The notes beneath the pieces are model-generated. The model was not told the origin of the DNA. It was given only the letters and a program-made list of their open reading frames with translations, and made no database searches. Positions 63,151 through 64,000 of a stretch of 64,000 nt of DNA are shown here, piece after piece. Position numbers and translations under genes: made by a program. This stretch comes from Adineta vaga. Lineage: Eukaryota; Animalia; Rotifera. The stretch spans positions 3,844,001-3,908,000 of the forward strand of contig CP075492.1 in NCBI GenBank assembly GCA_021613535.1. The letters are read 5' to 3'. Each line of letters opens with the position of its first letter. Position 1 is the first letter of the stretch.

Positions 63151-64000
63151 ATGATCGCAACAACCGATTTACGTGAAAAGAAGGGGAAGAGAAAACGATG
63201 GTCAACATTCGCGAAGTGGATTCAATTTATAGGTCAAATTAGTGTGACAATTGCGATTGCTATTTATGCTATATTTGAAAATAATCGTGATAAATCTATA
63301 GCAGAACAAAATCGTCAACAAGAAATGTGGATTGCTAATGAAACACGTTTTAAAGATTATTCTATAGCCGAATCGAATCGTCTTCATGATTTATACATGG
63401 CTGATGAGAAACAAAAAGATGATATTTTCAATGATTATCATCATTTTCTTGGTGAAACAATCATTCAATATGGTTTACAATTAAATCATAGTGCCGTAAG
63501 ATATGCAGTTCGATATAAAACTTTAGCAGCACTTAAATTACTCGATCCTTCACGTCGAACATATCTGATTGAATCATTAATTGAAATGAAATTAGTTTCT
63601 TATATTGATGAATTATCTGAATTTAATTTATCACCAATTATTGATTTAAGGACAGGAAATTTAACTGGCGTTGATTTAAGTGGAAAAGATATTGGAAATA
63701 TCAATCGGATCTGTTTAGCATTCGATCAAACGATATTAAATGATGCATCATTTCATCGAACCTATCTCCATGGATCATCATTCATAGAAACGAAATTGAA
63801 TAATGCCGATTTTTCATACAGTGATAATCAATACGATGAAAGATGTAAAAAACAGGATGATTTTATGTTTTCAACTAGTTTTGCCAAATCTCAAATGGTC
63901 AATGTTAATTTTTCTCATACAGAATTTCGACAGATTGATTTTTCTTTTGCTAATATGTTTCGTGCCGATTTAAGTTATTCGAACTTAATCGATCGAGTCT
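63151..64000 (+). CDS. TM + pentapeptide-repeat protein (runs off the window)
   Basis: Open frame from ATG 63151: basic N-terminus, TM segment WIQFIGQISVTIAIAIYAIF, RYKTLAALKLLDPSRRTYLI, then repeats NLTGV/DLSGK/LNDAS/LNNAD/ADLSY. Confidence 0.82.
   Translation, partial: MIATTDLREKKGKRKRWSTFAKWIQFIGQISVTIAIAIYAIFENNRDKSIAEQNRQQEMWIANETRFKDYSIAESNRLHDLYMADEKQKDDIFNDYHHFLGETIIQYGLQLNHSAVRYAVRYKTLAALKLLDPSRRTYLIESLIEMKLVSYIDELSEFNLSPIIDLRTGNLTGVDLSGKDIGNINRICLAFDQTILNDASFHRTYLHGSSFIETKLNNADFSYSDNQYDERCKKQDDFMFSTSFAKSQMVNVNFSHTEFRQIDFSFANMFRADLSYSNLIDRV

Noticed and set aside
72-63387. Numerous 60-120 aa ORF-track calls (e.g. 72-290, 2670-2861, 9714-10010, 38108-38359, 39562-39852, 45508-46232, 55142-55363, 62549-63387)
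   Set aside because: They are antisense or off-frame shadows of real genes, or chance ORFs in AT-rich intergenic DNA.
1-64000. Prokaryotic operon or contaminant interpretation of the bacterial-like enzymes; transposons, tRNA, rRNA
   Set aside because: Most such genes contain host-type spliceosomal introns and are interleaved with animal genes. No transposase, RT, terminal repeats or structured RNA genes were recognised.

Overview
This is AT-rich, gene-dense eukaryotic DNA with many short (~50-60 nt) GT-AG introns. The gene content fits a bdelloid rotifer (Adineta/Rotaria-like): 42-aa TPR arrays, R-S-E ADP-ribosyltransferase, F-box/LRR proteins, LDLa/EGF proteins, pentapeptide-repeat proteins and many bacterial- or fungal-type enzymes. 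This taxonomic call is inference, not a database hit. Manual splicing joins many ORF-track fragments into about 28 genes plus about 6 pseudogenes or fragments. The most striking finding is a putative cell-death/innate-immune toolkit. Two type II membrane receptors share a cytosolic death effector domain (DED) and intron positions but carry different ectodomains: a TPR array (1527-4539) and a jacalin lectin (18954-20302). The first receptor is flanked by a stand-alone MLKL-like four-helix-bundle gene, a divergently transcribed myristoylated ankyrin-ART gene and a decayed TKL-type kinase. Other notable items are an amidated knottin peptide, a Hint/Hog precursor carrying only a ~18-aa cargo, and many apparent horizontally acquired genes, some with added signal peptides and GPI-like tails. 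No rRNA, tRNA, CRISPR array or recognisable transposon was seen. All domain calls are by-eye motif recognition and need HMM or structure confirmation.
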